DNA of 64,000 nt from the human T2T-CHM13v2.0 reference genome, Homo sapiens, in the NCBI RefSeq assembly GCF_009914755.1, contig NC_060934.1; one strand, 5' to 3'. A program made the position numbers and the translations under genes. Below, piece after piece: positions 1 through 13,254 of the stretch. Within the stretch, counting starts at the first letter, position 1. Each line of letters begins with the position of its first letter. The notes under the pieces are model-generated. The model made no database searches. It was not told the DNA's origin and worked only from the letters and a program-made list of their open reading frames with translations.

Positions 1-485
1 GCACAGATGATTTCATCACCCAGGTATTAAGCCTAACATCCATTAGTTTTCCCGATTCTCTCCCTCTTTCCACCCTTGGCCTTCCAGCAGGCCCCAGTAT
101 ATGTTGTTCCCTTCTATGTGTCAATGTGTTCTCATCATTTAGCTCCCACTTAGAAGTGAGAACACGTGGTATTTGGTTTTCGGTTCCTGCTTTAGTTTGC
201 TAAGGATAATGGTCTCCAGCTGCATCCATGTCCCTGCAAAGGACATGATCTCATTCCTTTTTATGGCTGCATAGTATTCTATAGTGTATATAGACCACAT
301 TTTCTTTATCCAGTCTATCATAGATGGGCGTTTATGTTGATGCCATTTCTTTGCTATTGTGAATAGTGCCACAGTGAACATACACATGCATGTGTCTTTA
401 TAATAAGATGATTTATATTCCTTTGGGTATATATCCAGTAGTGGTATTGCTGGATCAAATGTTATTTCTGTCTCTAGGTCTCTGA

Positions 486-974
<489 letters not shown>

Positions 975-2538
975 TGATTTGTATTTTCCTAATCATCAGT
1001 GGTGTTGAGCTTTTTTTCATATGATTATTGGGCACATGTATGTCTTCTTTTGAGACGTGTCTTTGCTCACTTTTTAATGGGATTATTTGTTTTTTTCCTT
1101 GTAAATTTGTTTAAGTTCCTTATAAATTCTGGATATTAGACCTTTGTCAAATGAATGGATTACAAAAATTTTCTCCTGTAGACTGTTTACTCTGTTGATA
1201 GTTTCTTTTACTGTGCAGAATCTCTTTAATTAAATCCCATTTGTCAATTTTTGCTTTCATTGCAATTGCTTTTGGCATCTTCATCATGAAATCTTTGCCC
1301 ATGCCTATGTCCTAAATGGTATTGCCCAGGTTTTCTTCTAGGATTTTTATAGTTTTGGGTTTTATATTTAAGTCGTCAATCCATCTTGACTGATTTTTGT
1401 ATGTAGTGTAAGAAAGAGGTCCAGTATCAATTTTCTGCATATGGCTAGTCAATTCTCCCAGCACCACTAATTAAATAGGGAATCCTTTCCTCATTACTTG
1501 TTTTTGTCACGTTTGTTGAAGATCAGATGGTTGTAAGTGTACAGTCTTATTCCTCGGTTCTCTGTTTTATTCCATTGATCTACGTGCTTGTTCTTGTACC
1601 AATATCATGATGTTTGGTTACTGTAGCTCTGTAGTATACTTTGAAGTTGGGTAGCATAATGCCTCCAGCATTGTTCTTTTTGCTTAGGATTGCCTTGCCT
1701 ATTTGGACTCCTTTTTGGTTCCATATGAATTTTAAAATAGTTTTTTCTATTTCTGTCAATAATGTAAGTGGTAGTTTGATGGGAATAGCATTGAATCTAT
1801 AAATTGCTTTGGGCAGTATGCTCATTTTAATGATGTTGATTCTTCCTATTCATGAGCATGATATATTCTTTCATTTGCTTGTGTCAGCTCTGATTTCTTT
1901 GAGCAGTGGTTTGTAGTTCTCCTTGTAGAGATCCTTCACTTCTCTTGTTAGCTGTATTCCTAGGTATTTTATTCTTTTTGTGGCTGTTGTGAATGGGAGT
2001 TCATTTTTGAGGTGTATAGGAATGCTAGTGATTATTGCACATTGATTTTGTATCCCAAGACTTTGCTGAAGTTGCTTATCAGCTTAAGAAGTTTTTGGGC
2101 TGAGACTATGGGGTTTTCTAGACATAGAATTGTGTTATCTACAAACAAAGATAGGTTGACTTCCTCTCTTCCTATTTGAATACTCTATTTCTTTCTCTTC
2201 AATATTCCGGCCAGAACTTCCAATACTGTGTTGAATAGGAGTGGCGAGAGAAGACATCCGTATCTTTTGCCAGTTTTCAAGAGGAATACTTCCAGGTTTT
2301 GCCCATTCAGTATGATAATGGCTGTGAGTTTGTCATATATGGGTCTTATTGTTTTGATGTTTGTTCCTTCAATATCTAGTTTATTGAGAGTTATTAATAT
2401 GAAGGTGTGTTGAATGTCGTTTTTATCTTTAGTTCCGTTTATGTGATCAATCATGTTTACTGATTTGTTGAACCATGCGTTGAACCAACCTTACATCCTG
2501 GGGATGAAGCCTACTTGGTCATGGTGGATAAGCTTTTT

Positions 2539-2834
2539 TTTTTTTTTTTTTTTGAGATGGAATCTCACTCTGTCGCCCAGGCTGGAGTGCAGTGGCGCTA
2601 TCTCGTCTCACTGCAAGCTCCACCTCCCGAGTTCATGCCATTCTCCTGCCTCGGCCTCCCGAGTAGCTGGGACTATAGGCACCCGCCACCACGCCCAGCA
2701 GATTTTTTGTATTTTTAGTAGAGATGGGGTTTCACCATGTTAGCCAGGAATGTCTCGATCTCCTGACCTTGTGATCCGCCTGCCTTGGCCTCCCAAAGTG
2801 CTGGGATTACAGGCGTGAGCCACCATGCCTGGCC
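2539..2834 (-). mobile_element. AluY inserted in L1 ORF2
   Basis: Y-type positions (CTGCAAGCTCC, GCCATTCTCC, TTAGCCAGGA); TSD TGGATAAGCTTTTT at 2525-2538 and 2835-2848. Confidence 0.93.
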
Positions 2835-3808
2835 TGGATAAGCTTTTTGAAATGCTGCCGGATTCGGTTTGCCAGTATTTTGTTGAGGATTTTTGCATCT
2901 GTGTTCATCAGGGATATTGGCCTGAAATTTTCTTTTTTTGTTGTTGTATCTCTGCCAGGTTTTGGTATCAAGAGGATGCTGGCCTCATAGAATGAGGAGG
3001 AGTCCCTCCTTTTCAATTTTTTGGAATAGGTTCAGTAGGAATGGTATAAGCTCTTCTTTGTAGATCTGATAAAATTCAGTGTGAATCCATCTGGTCTTGG
3101 GCTTTTTTGGTTGCTAGGCTATTTATTAATGCCTCAGTATCAGAATTTTTTATTCATCTGTTTAGGGATTCAATTACTTCCTTGTTCAGTCTTGGGAGGG
3201 TATATGTGTCCAGGAATTTATCAATTTCTTCTAGATTTTCTAGTTTATGTGCATAATGGTGTTTGTAATATTCTCTGATGGTTACTTTTATTTCTGTAGG
3301 GTCAGTGGTAATGCCTCCCTTATCATTTCTGACTGTGTTTATTTAAATCTTCTCTATTTTCTCCTTTATTAGTCTAGTGAACAGTCTATTTATTTTATTT
3401 TATTTTTTTCAGAAAACCAGCTTCTGGATTTGTTGATCTTTTGAAGGTTTTTATTTTTTGTCTCTATCTCCTTTAGTTCAGCTCTGATCTTGGATATTTC
3501 TTATCTTCTGCTAGCTTTCAGGTTTGTTTGCTCTTGTTTCTCTAGTTCTTTCAGTTGTGATGTTAGGATGTTGATTTGAGATCTTTCTAGCTTTTTGATG
3601 TGGGCATTCAGTGCTATACATTTCCCTCTTAGCACTGTTTTAGCTGCAGCTCAGAGATTCTGGTACAATGTTTCTTTGTTCTCATTAGTTTCATGGAACT
3701 TTTTTATTTCTGCCTTAATTTCATTATTTACCCAAAAGTCATTCAAAAGCAGATTTTTCAATTTCCATGCAGTTGTGTGGTTTTGAGTGAATTTATTAAT
3801 CTTGGGTT

Positions 3809-4115
3809 TTTTGTTTTTTTTGTTTTTTTTTTGGAGACAGGGTCTCCCTCTTTTGTCCAGGCTGGGGTGCAGTGGTGCAATCTCAGCTCACTGCAACCTC
3901 CACCTCCTGGGTTCACTGATTCTCCTGCCTCAGCCTCCTGAATAACTGGGATTACAGGCATGTACCACCACAGCCTGGCTAATTTTTGTATTTTTAGCAG
4001 AGATGGGGTTTCACCATATTGGTCCTGCTGGTTTTGAACTCCTGACCTCAGGTGATCCCCCCACTTTGGCCTCCCAAAATCCTGGGATTACAGGCATGAA
4101 CCACCATGCCCAGCC
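3809..4115 (-). mobile_element. AluS (Sx/Sq-like) inserted in L1 ORF2
   Basis: Full dimer with GACCTCAGGTGATCC; TSD TAATCTTG(G/A)GTT at 3797-3808 and 4116-4127. Confidence 0.93.
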
Positions 4116-7100
4116 TAATCTTGAGTTCTAATTTGATTGTGCCCTGGTCTGAGAGACTGTTTTTATTATTTTAGTTGTTTTGCATTTCCTGAGAAGTGTT
4201 TTACTTCTGATTATCTGATCAATTTTAGAGTAAGTGCTGTGTGACAATGAGAAGAATATATATTCTATTGTTTTGGGTTGGAGAGTTCTGTAAATATCTG
4301 TAAAGTCCATTTGATCCAGAGCTGAGTCCAGGTCCTGAATATCTTTTTTAATTTTTTTCTCAATGATCTGTCTAATATTGTTAGTGGGGCATCAAAATCT
4401 CCTGCTATCACTGTGTGGGAGTCTAAGTCTCTTTGAAGGTCTCTTAAGAACTTCCTTTATGAATCTGGGTGCTCCTGTGTTGAGTGCATATATATTTAGG
4501 ACACTTAGCTTTTCTTGTTGAATTGAACCCTTTACCATTGTGTAATGCCCTTCTTTGTCTTTTTTGATTTTTGTTGCTTTAAAGTCTGTTCTGTTAGAAA
4601 CTAAGACTGCAACCTTTGCACTTTTTTTTTTTTCCATTGATTTGGTAAATTTTTTTCCATCCCTTTATTTTGAGCCTATGTGTGTCTTTGCATGTGAGAT
4701 GGGTCTCAAAGACAGCATACCAATGGGTCTTGTTTTTTTATTGAGTTTGTCACTCTGTGGCTTTTAATTGGGGCAGTTAGCCCATTTACATTTAAGGTTA
4801 ATATTGTTATATGTGAATTTGATCCTGTCAACATGACACTAGCTGGCTAATTTCACAGACTTATGTGGTTGCTTCAAAGTGTCACAGGTCTATGTACTTC
4901 AGTGTGTTTTTGTAGCGGCTGTTAAGTTTTTCCTTCCCATACTTAGTGCTTCCTTCAGGAGTTCTTGTAAGGCAGGTCTGGTGGTAACGAATTCCATCAG
5001 CACTTGCTTATCTGAAAAGGATCTTATTCTCCTTTGCTTATGAAGCTTATTTTGGCTGGATATGAAATTCTAGGTTGAAATTTCATTTCTCTAAGAATGT
5101 TGAATATTGGCCCCCAATCTCTTCTGGCTTTCAGAGTTTCCACTGAGAGGTCTACTGTTAGTCTTTGCAGGTGAGCTGGCCTTTCTCTCAGGCTGCCCTT
5201 AACATGTTTTTTTTTCATTTAGACTTTAGAGTCTTTAATAATTATGTGTCTGGGGGATGATCTTCTCATTGAGTATCTTACTGGGGTTCTCTGGATTTCC
5301 TGAATTTGGATGTTGGCTCATCTAGCTAGGTTGGGGAAGCTCCTCTCTATGATATCCTGAAATATGTTTTCCAAATTGGTTCCATTCTCCCTGTCTCTTT
5401 TAAGTACACCAATCAGTTGTGGAGTTGGTCTCTTCACATAATTTTATATTTCCTGGAGGGTTTGTTCATTCCTTTTCATTCTTTTTACTCTATTCTTGTC
5501 TGCCTGTCTTATTTCAGAAAGACAGTCTTCAAGTTCTGAGATTCGTTCCCCTGCTTGATGTACTCTGTTGTTAATACTTGTGATTGAATTGTGAAGTTCT
5601 TGTAGTGTGTTTTTCAGCTCTATCAGGTTAGTTATGTTCTTCTCTATACTGAATATTTTGGCTGTCATCTTCTGCATTGTTTTATCATGATTTTTAGCTT
5701 CCTTGCTTTGGGTTACAACATGTTCCTTTAGCTTAGTGAAGCTCCTTTTTACCCACATTTTGCAGCTTACTTCTGTCATTTCAGCCATCTCAATCTCAGT
5801 CCATTTCTGAACTCTTGCTGAAGAGGTGTTGTGGTCACTTGGAGAAAAGAGGACGCTATGGCTTTTTGAGTTTTCAGCATTCTTGCACTGATTCTTTCCC
5901 ATCTTTGTGGGCTTATCTACCTTCAATCCTTGAGGGTGCTGACGTTTGGATGGAGATTTTGTGTTTTTTTTTTTTAATTTTGTTTGTTTGCTTTTCTATT
6001 AACAGTCTGGCCACTTTTCCATAGATCTGTTGCAGTTTGCTGGGGGTCTGCCATAAACCCTAGTCACCTTGGATTTTCCAGTACCTGGAGGTATCACCAG
6101 TGAAGGTTGTGAAACAGCTAATATGGCAGCCTGTCCCTTCCTCTGGGAGCTCCATCCCAGGGGGTACAGAACTGTTGCTGGCCCAAAAGCACCTGTAGGA
6201 AGTGACTGGAGACCCCAGATAGGAGATCCAACCCAGTCAGGAGGAAAGGAATCAAGGACCCACTTAAAGAAGCAGTCTGGCTGCATTTTGGTAAAGCAAC
6301 TGTGCTGTGTTGGGGGATTCCTTCAGCCCCCAATCAGTTTGGGCTCTCCAAGGCTGAGATGCCCAAACAGCAGAGGTGGCAGCCCACCTCATCCCACTCC
6401 ATCCCAGGGAGAAATCCAAAATCTTTCAGCCATAGAGCATGGGCAGGAGTGGCCGGATACCTCGACTGAGAGGTCCCACCCAGCAAGGAAGAACAGATCA
6501 GGGTCCTGTTTAAAGAAGCAATCTGGTCACACCTTGGCAAAGCAGCTATACAGTGCTGGGAAACCACTTCTGCCCCAGTTGGTTTGGACTTTCCAAAGCC
6601 TGCAGGCTGGAATGGCTGAGTTGTCCAAACAACAAAGGTGGCAGTCCTCCCCTCCCTCCAGGAGCTCCTTCCTGTCTCAAGTAGGCACGACCCTGTTGCC
6701 AGTGCCTGGCTAGAATTCCAATTCAGTCAGTCTTATCTTATGAGGTGCTGTGGAGGTGGGGCCCACCGAGTGACACTGCTTGGCCCCTGGATTCAGTCAG
6801 CTTCCTAGTGGTACGTACAGTCCTCCTGCCTTGCCTGAATTGCAGTCACCTTTGCTGGGGATCCCAGGCATGAATATTTACAACTCCTGGGTCTCTGTGC
6901 ATGCCTCAGCAGCAGCTCTGCTGAGACTCCACACAGCTCTGTGTGTCAGACCCAGGGCCCTGATGGAGTTAGTTAATGAGGGGCTCTCCTGATCCAAGGT
7001 TGCAAAAATCCATAGGAGAAGCGTGGTTTCCCAGGTCATACATTCAGTTACCACTTTCCTTGGCTGGGGGTGGGAATTCCCTTGGCTTGATGTTGCTTTC

Positions 7101-7431
7101 AGGTAGGCTGTCTCCTTGCCCTCCTTTTCTTCATTCTTCATGGGTTGAGTAGTTTCCCTGAACAGTCCCAGTGTAAGTTCCTGGATGTTTCAGTTGAAGG
7201 TGCTGCATTTACTCACCCCTTTTGTTCCTCACTGTGAGTGCCACACACAATAGCTGCTTCTGATCGGCCATCTTGGCCCTGACTGATTCTGATTTTTTCC
7301 TTAATTTTAGGCAGATTAGAATCATAACTTTGGATAAAGGCAAGAATGCTCTTCTAGGTAGTGAAATGTTAAAAAGTGAGTTTATTGCAAAACTGGAAGG
7401 AAATGTATAAATTATATTTAGGGATACTCAT

Positions 7432-7728
7432 GCTGAGTGCAGTGGCTTATGCCCATAATTCCAGCACTTTGGGAGGCCAAGGTGCCAGATTGCTTGAAGT
7501 CAAGAGTTTGAGACCAGCCTGGACCAAATGGCCAAATCGCATCTCTACAAAAGTAAATATAATTAGCCGGGTATAGTGGTGCATGCCTGTAGTTCCAGTT
7601 ACTAGTGAGGCTGAGGTGGGAAGATCGCTTGAGCCCAGGAGGTTCAAGGCTGCGGTGAGCCGTGATCGTGCCAGTGCACTGCAGCCTGGGTGACAAAGCA
7701 AGACCATCTCAAAAATAATAAAAAAAAG
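7432..7728 (+). mobile_element. AluJ
   Basis: J-type right arm (GATCGCTTGAGCCCAGGAGGTTCAAGGCTGC); perfect 18-bp TSD ATATTTAGGGATACTCAT at 7414-7431 and 7729-7746. Confidence 0.93.
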
Positions 7729-7931
7729 ATATTTAGGGATACTCATCTATATCTTATTTGGGAGCCTTTTGACAGAAAGGGAAAGAAATACATTCAATAA
7801 AATTTTTGAACATCACCGTGTAATTTAATTATTGATAACCTAATTATGGATTAAATTAATTTAATTATGATTATTCATAATTTAGTACTTTACAAATTAA
7901 GTTATTAATTTAATTATGAATATTCCTAAAG

Positions 7932-8228
7932 TGTACAAAATTCTAAGACCACCAAGATTTCCCTCTTCATGGTGTATATGTCCTATATAATCCCTGGGTC
8001 TGTAAGATGATGGTTTTACTCCCATGATTAGTTTATTTTATATGATATAGTTGACCTTAAAACAGGGAGACTAGCTAGGCATGCCCCAATCTCATAAAAT
8101 AGAAGTTTTTCTCCAACTAGTTGAAAAAGAGAAAGTCAGAGAGAAATGCTGACTAATCTGGAAGAAAGCAAACATCCATGTATGAACTGCCTAAGGGGGT
8201 CACATGAAAAGAACTTAAAAATGACCTT
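7932..8228 (+). mobile_element. MaLR LTR fragment (MLT1E/F-like)
   Basis: AATTCTAAGACCACCAAGATTTCCC...TATAATCCC...ACTCCCATGATTAG resembles the MLT1E/F 5' half. Confidence 0.6.
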
Positions 8229-8964
8229 CCTCTTCCCTTTTTCACTTGTTTCATTGAGGTAGTTAGCTGTGAAAAGTGTCAGTGATTGAACAGGATCTAC
8301 TGGGCATGAAGCAAAGCAGGCTAAAAGCTAGGAGCCAGGAATATGAGCCATGTGAACTGTAACATGTGAGTGTGTTTCTGTCATGTCAGTCGTCCTCTGC
8401 AGTTAATCAATGTTATACCTCATGTCATTGCCCTGTAAGGATCTAGAAATGTCTTAGTCTAACATGAGGAGCATGGTTCAAGAGCAATACGGAAGACACC
8501 TAGGTTAGGCATTAACATGAGATCGTGAGTAGATAAGGAAACAAAATACTGAGCAACCCAGATTAATAGAGCTTTTTTATAGTAAGATCAGAAGATCATT
8601 AGGATTTTTAGAAGACAAATTTAGTGACAGGTTTAACAATAATGGCTGTAGAAAAAAATCAGAATATGGTCTTTCTGAATTAACTTTGAAGTAACACTGT
8701 GTCATGCAGCAGCATCTTTAGACCCAACACTATGGTGATAAACATTGTTGGTCAAGTTATGCTTGATTAGAAAGAAGAATAAAACAAGCAGAGGATGAAA
8801 AAACCTGGGGCACATGAAAATAAGATTCTTCTTAGTTTTTACTTTTTGTTGCCATGATATCCTCATACTTACAGCTAATAAGAATCTTAGTCCACATATA
8901 TCTGCTCTCACAAGTTCAATAGAAGCCTTTCTTAAACTCATTTGAGCTTATTTCTTGCATGATC

Positions 8965-9316
8965 ATCTATTAGTGTGTGACAAATACCTCAAAACTCAGT
9001 GACATACAGTAGTAGCATGTTTTGTATTGCTTACACATTTGCGTCAACTGGGATAGCTCTGCTCAATGTATTTCTCATTCTTCCGGCAGAAGCAGCTGTA
9101 CAGAACATTTCATTCTTGTTCTGATGACAGAAAAGCAGGAGAGCATGTAATTTCAAGCCTATGTTTAAATAACACCACTAACTTCTCATTGATCAAATCA
9201 AGTCAAATACCCAAACCCAACATTGGTGGGACATGGAAACATTCTCTGCCCACAGTGGGAGGCAGGGGTACACAAATATTTGCTAAAAAAAAAATGAAAA
9301 AATGCAAACTATCATA
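8965..9316 (-). mobile_element. Old MaLR LTR (MLT1H/I/J-like)
   Basis: TGTGACAAATACCTCAAAACTCAGTG start; CATTGATCAAATCAAGTCA...CCCAAACCCAACAT typical of reverse-oriented MLT1. Confidence 0.55.
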
Positions 9317-10404
9317 GTCACTAAGCCAGTATATTCTAGCTACTTGAAATTACATAATTCAATTGAGTGCTGTGCAAACCAAGGAAATATAACAGGAAAG
9401 AGAGTTGCTTCATGAAAATTTAAATCAATATTTTGAGCTGACAGATCAAAGGCAAATAACCGAAAAAACAGATTCTGCTGAATAAGATATAGGTAACTTT
9501 GTTGTAAAATACTGGGGAGGGGGACAAGGATAAATAAATTTCTAAGTGATTCTGCCCTCAGATTGCTTTGCAATGTTCTTTAGCTTCTTACTCCATTAAA
9601 AAAAAAAAAAGCTAACATAAATGATGAGTTACTCTAAAATTATGTAGCACTCCAACTGGGAACTGTAGCCCTAGAACGGCATTGGCTGTACGTCAAATGG
9701 TATGTTTGTATTTGTGTGTTTGTTTAAATTTCAAATGCAGCATTTAAAGTACTCATGCATTATGATTCATGTTTTATATTAATTTGCTTTTTCAATTAAT
9801 TAAAAATGACTAGCCTTGATCAAATCAGAGATAAGAACTCCTGATATCAAAAGTAGATTTAATTATTTAAAGAAAAAAATAGTAGAGTTCAGTATAAGTT
9901 TATACCTTTAGCTAATTACCAGATCTTCAGAAACTCACTTGACCCTTCTCTTGATGACAAGGTGGTTAAATCAGAATAATAGTTGTTAGTGAATACAAAT
10001 TCCCAATGAGATCTGTAGCACTTTGATCATTATTCTGGGAACATTAAAAAAAGAAAAAAAGAAAAGTCTTTTCTACATGTCTTCTTTTACTAGATCACCT
10101 TCTAATCAGTGTGTTTCCACAAAGGCGCTGTTCAAAGAACTTAACAAAATCATGTCCAAGCTTAAGAGGCCCTCATTTAAACTCAAATATAAGACAAATG
10201 TTCAGCTGCCTGAGTCTCTTTTTGTCTAAATGTGATGGCATCATTGATACACTAGAGAACCTTAGCACTGGGAAAGCCACCCAGGAGAAAAGTATATGAT
10301 TTATGCTTCAATTTGAATTTAAGCTTTCAATTTAAGCTTTAAATTTAAGAAAGTATGTTCCAGACATACTTTCTTGGCTTTTTAAATAATTTTTCCCATG
10401 TAAC

Positions 10405-11097
10405 TATAAAACCAAAGGAAATGACTGGGACAAATCTCAATCAATTTAGAGGTTTATTTTGCCACAGTTGAGGACGTGCCTGGGAAAAAGGAACACAAAA
10501 TCACAGGAACATCTGTGATCCATGCTTATTCCAAAGAGAGTTTGAAAACTTCAATGCTTAAAGGGGAAAAAGCTTTAAATAGGGGAAAGAGGGAAGAAAA
10601 GAGGCAGAATAAATAAAAGACTTGAAGCGGTTGCATTCCTCTGAGGCTTTTAATGGTGTTCACTGAATTCACATTTTACATGTGAAAAGAGTGGGTAGAG
10701 GAACAGTCAACCATGCATGTCTCACACTCAGTGAATCTGGATTTTTCCATAAGATAAAGTAAATACAGAGTAGAGGAGGCAAATATGCATTTGTCTCAGG
10801 GAGTGGAAGGAGGACTTTCAGTCCTGCCTTTGTTCTGTGAAGATAAGCTGTTGATTTACATTGTCAAGGCAAAACTTAAAAGAACTCTGTTTTAGGCTAA
10901 AGATCTTGGGGCCCACAGGAATTTCCTTGTGAGCAAATTGTGGAAAGAATCCCTGGGGAGGTATGCTGCCTTCTATCTTTGCAGCTGTCCATTTAAGAAC
11001 AAAACGGGAGGCAGTTTTGTGTGACTCAGTTCCCAAGTTTAACTTTTCCCTGTGGCGTAGTGAGTTTAGAGTCCCAAGATTTTATTTTCCTTTCACA
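10405..11097 (-). mobile_element. ERV1 solo LTR, MER4A/B-like
   Basis: Minus strand starts TGTGAAAGGAAAATAAAATCTTGGGACTCTAAACTCACT; AATAAA near its 3' end; flanks TAAC/TAAA. Confidence 0.85.
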
Positions 11098-11634
11098 TAA
11101 AATAATCCATAATTCCCATATTTTGATTTTCTCTATAGTAATAACTCACTGATTTGGTTAAGATCACTTTCTACATGCTTTCCATAGTTTCTTGCTCTTT
11201 AAAAAAAGTGGCATCCTCAATTTGTTTTGTGTATCTAAACTGCTTTAGTATACTTAATTATTTTGACCAAAAAGCTGCAGTCTCTTTTCACAAGTTTGTT
11301 TTCCATTATTTAATGTTGAAGATATAATTACTGTTTTTGCACAAAAACAACTAGTGTTTTCTGAGCAAACCAATCATGGATCAATTTATTTTGTATTCTT
11401 CAGTTTCTCTTCTTGGATGGTAGATTATATGTTTTCATTGTTGGTGGATAACTACTTTCTTATATAACATAAACTTCACTGTAGTGAATATAATAGTACC
11501 ATGAATATGCAGGTTTCATCTATAAATCTTCTATTACAGTTTCTTGACATTGCTGGCTAAATTCTTTGAAAAAGCACATCCTTAAAGTATCACCCATTGG
11601 CCAAAAACAGATCTTCCATTATAAAGAAAGCTTA

Positions 11635-12348
11635 TGTAAATAAAAATTAAAATCTCAGAACCCTCCAAATGTATGCAAAAATGAAGATTAAGCCCTGAAG
11701 CTGACTCATTACAATACCCTCTTCCAAATGAATAGCTGTTAGTAACATTATGGGTCAACCAAGTCTCCATGGAAAGGTAAAAAGCCTCAGGCATCTGGGA
11801 AGGGCTGCCCCCGCAGATTATTCATAGGCAAATTCTTTGCTAGCTTCCCATTAACAAAGACACACCAATTGTAACTTTAGGTCTGCAATCTAAGTCTACC
11901 TCCTAAAATTCCACACCGATTACACATTTATCTTCCCAGGTGCAGAACAAAGTCAAGGCTCATTTCCTATACCCATACTCAGAGACTTTGCATAATTGAC
12001 TCTTCCTTAACTCTCTTTTCTTCTGCAGACATCCACATTACCTTATGTTAAATGTGGATTTACTGGGCACTAACTGAAGTCCCACCGGAATGTAACTATT
12101 CACCTTACTGCCTGCCTGTCCCTCTTCTTACATGCCTCTCCCCATCACCCCTTAAGGAAATGTTTATGGTAGAGTTTATAGTTTATGATGCTTAAACCTT
12201 ATGGCAAAACACTAAACCTGAAAACCTCTTTGGGAAAAACAACCACACATGTGCTTATGGCTCATATTATTCCTGGAAATGCCCTAAGTCGGGCTTAATA
12301 AACCTCAGTGATTGAGACTTATGCCTCAATCACACATTTCTCTTGTCA
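11635..12348 (+). mobile_element. ERV1 solo LTR, MER4-group
   Basis: TG...CA ends; TTATCTTCCCAGGTGCAGAACAAAG block; AATAAACCTC...GATTGAGACTT near the end; flanks CTTA/CTTT. Confidence 0.75.
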
Positions 12349-12509
12349 CTTTTCACAGACCTGGGTATCATGATGGGTTTAAATAGTTTTGTTTACAAGT
12401 CTACTATTGTATGTCCTTATAGAACCTAAGATAAGAAAGGGATAGACACAATGAAACCATTATTGACAATTCATACATACACCAGACATATACTATTCTA
12501 AAATGAGTC

Positions 12510-12803
12510 GCCCGAGCACGGTGGCTCACACCTGTAATCCCATCACTGAGGCAGGCAAATCTCTTGAGATCAGGAATTCTAGATCAGCCTGGCCAGCACA
12601 GTGAAACACCGTCTGCACTAAAAATACAAAAATTAGCCTAGTATGGTGGTGTGCACCTGTAGTGTCAGCTACTCAGGAAGCTAAGGCAGGAGAATCACTT
12701 GAACCCTGGAAGTGGAGGTTGCAGTGAGCGGAGATCATACCACTGCAAGTCTGGGTGACAGGGCCAGACTCTGTCTCAAAAAAAGAAAAAAAGAAAAAAG
12801 AAA
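12510..12803 (+). mobile_element. AluS (diverged, small left-arm deletion)
   Basis: Alu dimer with A-rich tail; AAAATGA on both flanks. Confidence 0.9.
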
Positions 12804-12845
12804 ATGACCCTTTCTGAATGATCCTAAAATGATCACCTCAATACA

Positions 12846-13135
12846 GCAGGGCGCGGTGGCTCACGCCTGTAATCCCAGTATTTTGAAAGGCCGAGGCAGG
12901 CGGATCACGAGGTCAGGAGATCGAGACCATCCTGGCTAACACGATGAAACCCCGTCTCTACTAAAAATACAAAAAATTAGCCAGGCGTGGTGGTGGGCGC
13001 CTGTAGTCCCAGCTACTCAGGAGGCTGAGGCAGGAGAATGGCGTGAACACGGGAGGCGAAGCTTGTAGTGAGCCGAGATTGCACCACTGCACTCCAGCCT
13101 GGGCGACAGAGCGAGACTCTGTCTCAAAAAATAAA
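12846..13135 (+). mobile_element. AluY with short tail and no visible TSD
   Basis: GAGATCGAGACCATCCTGGCTAACAC and GAATGGCGTGAAC diagnostics. Confidence 0.93.
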
Positions 13136-13254
13136 GATTTTGAAAGTCTTTGAGATTGTACCCTTTACTCTCTTCCTGTAGTAAAGCTTTACTATCTTAT
13201 TAATAAAATTGGTAAGGCATTTAAAATGGATGAGGAAAGAATTGCGTTGATGGT

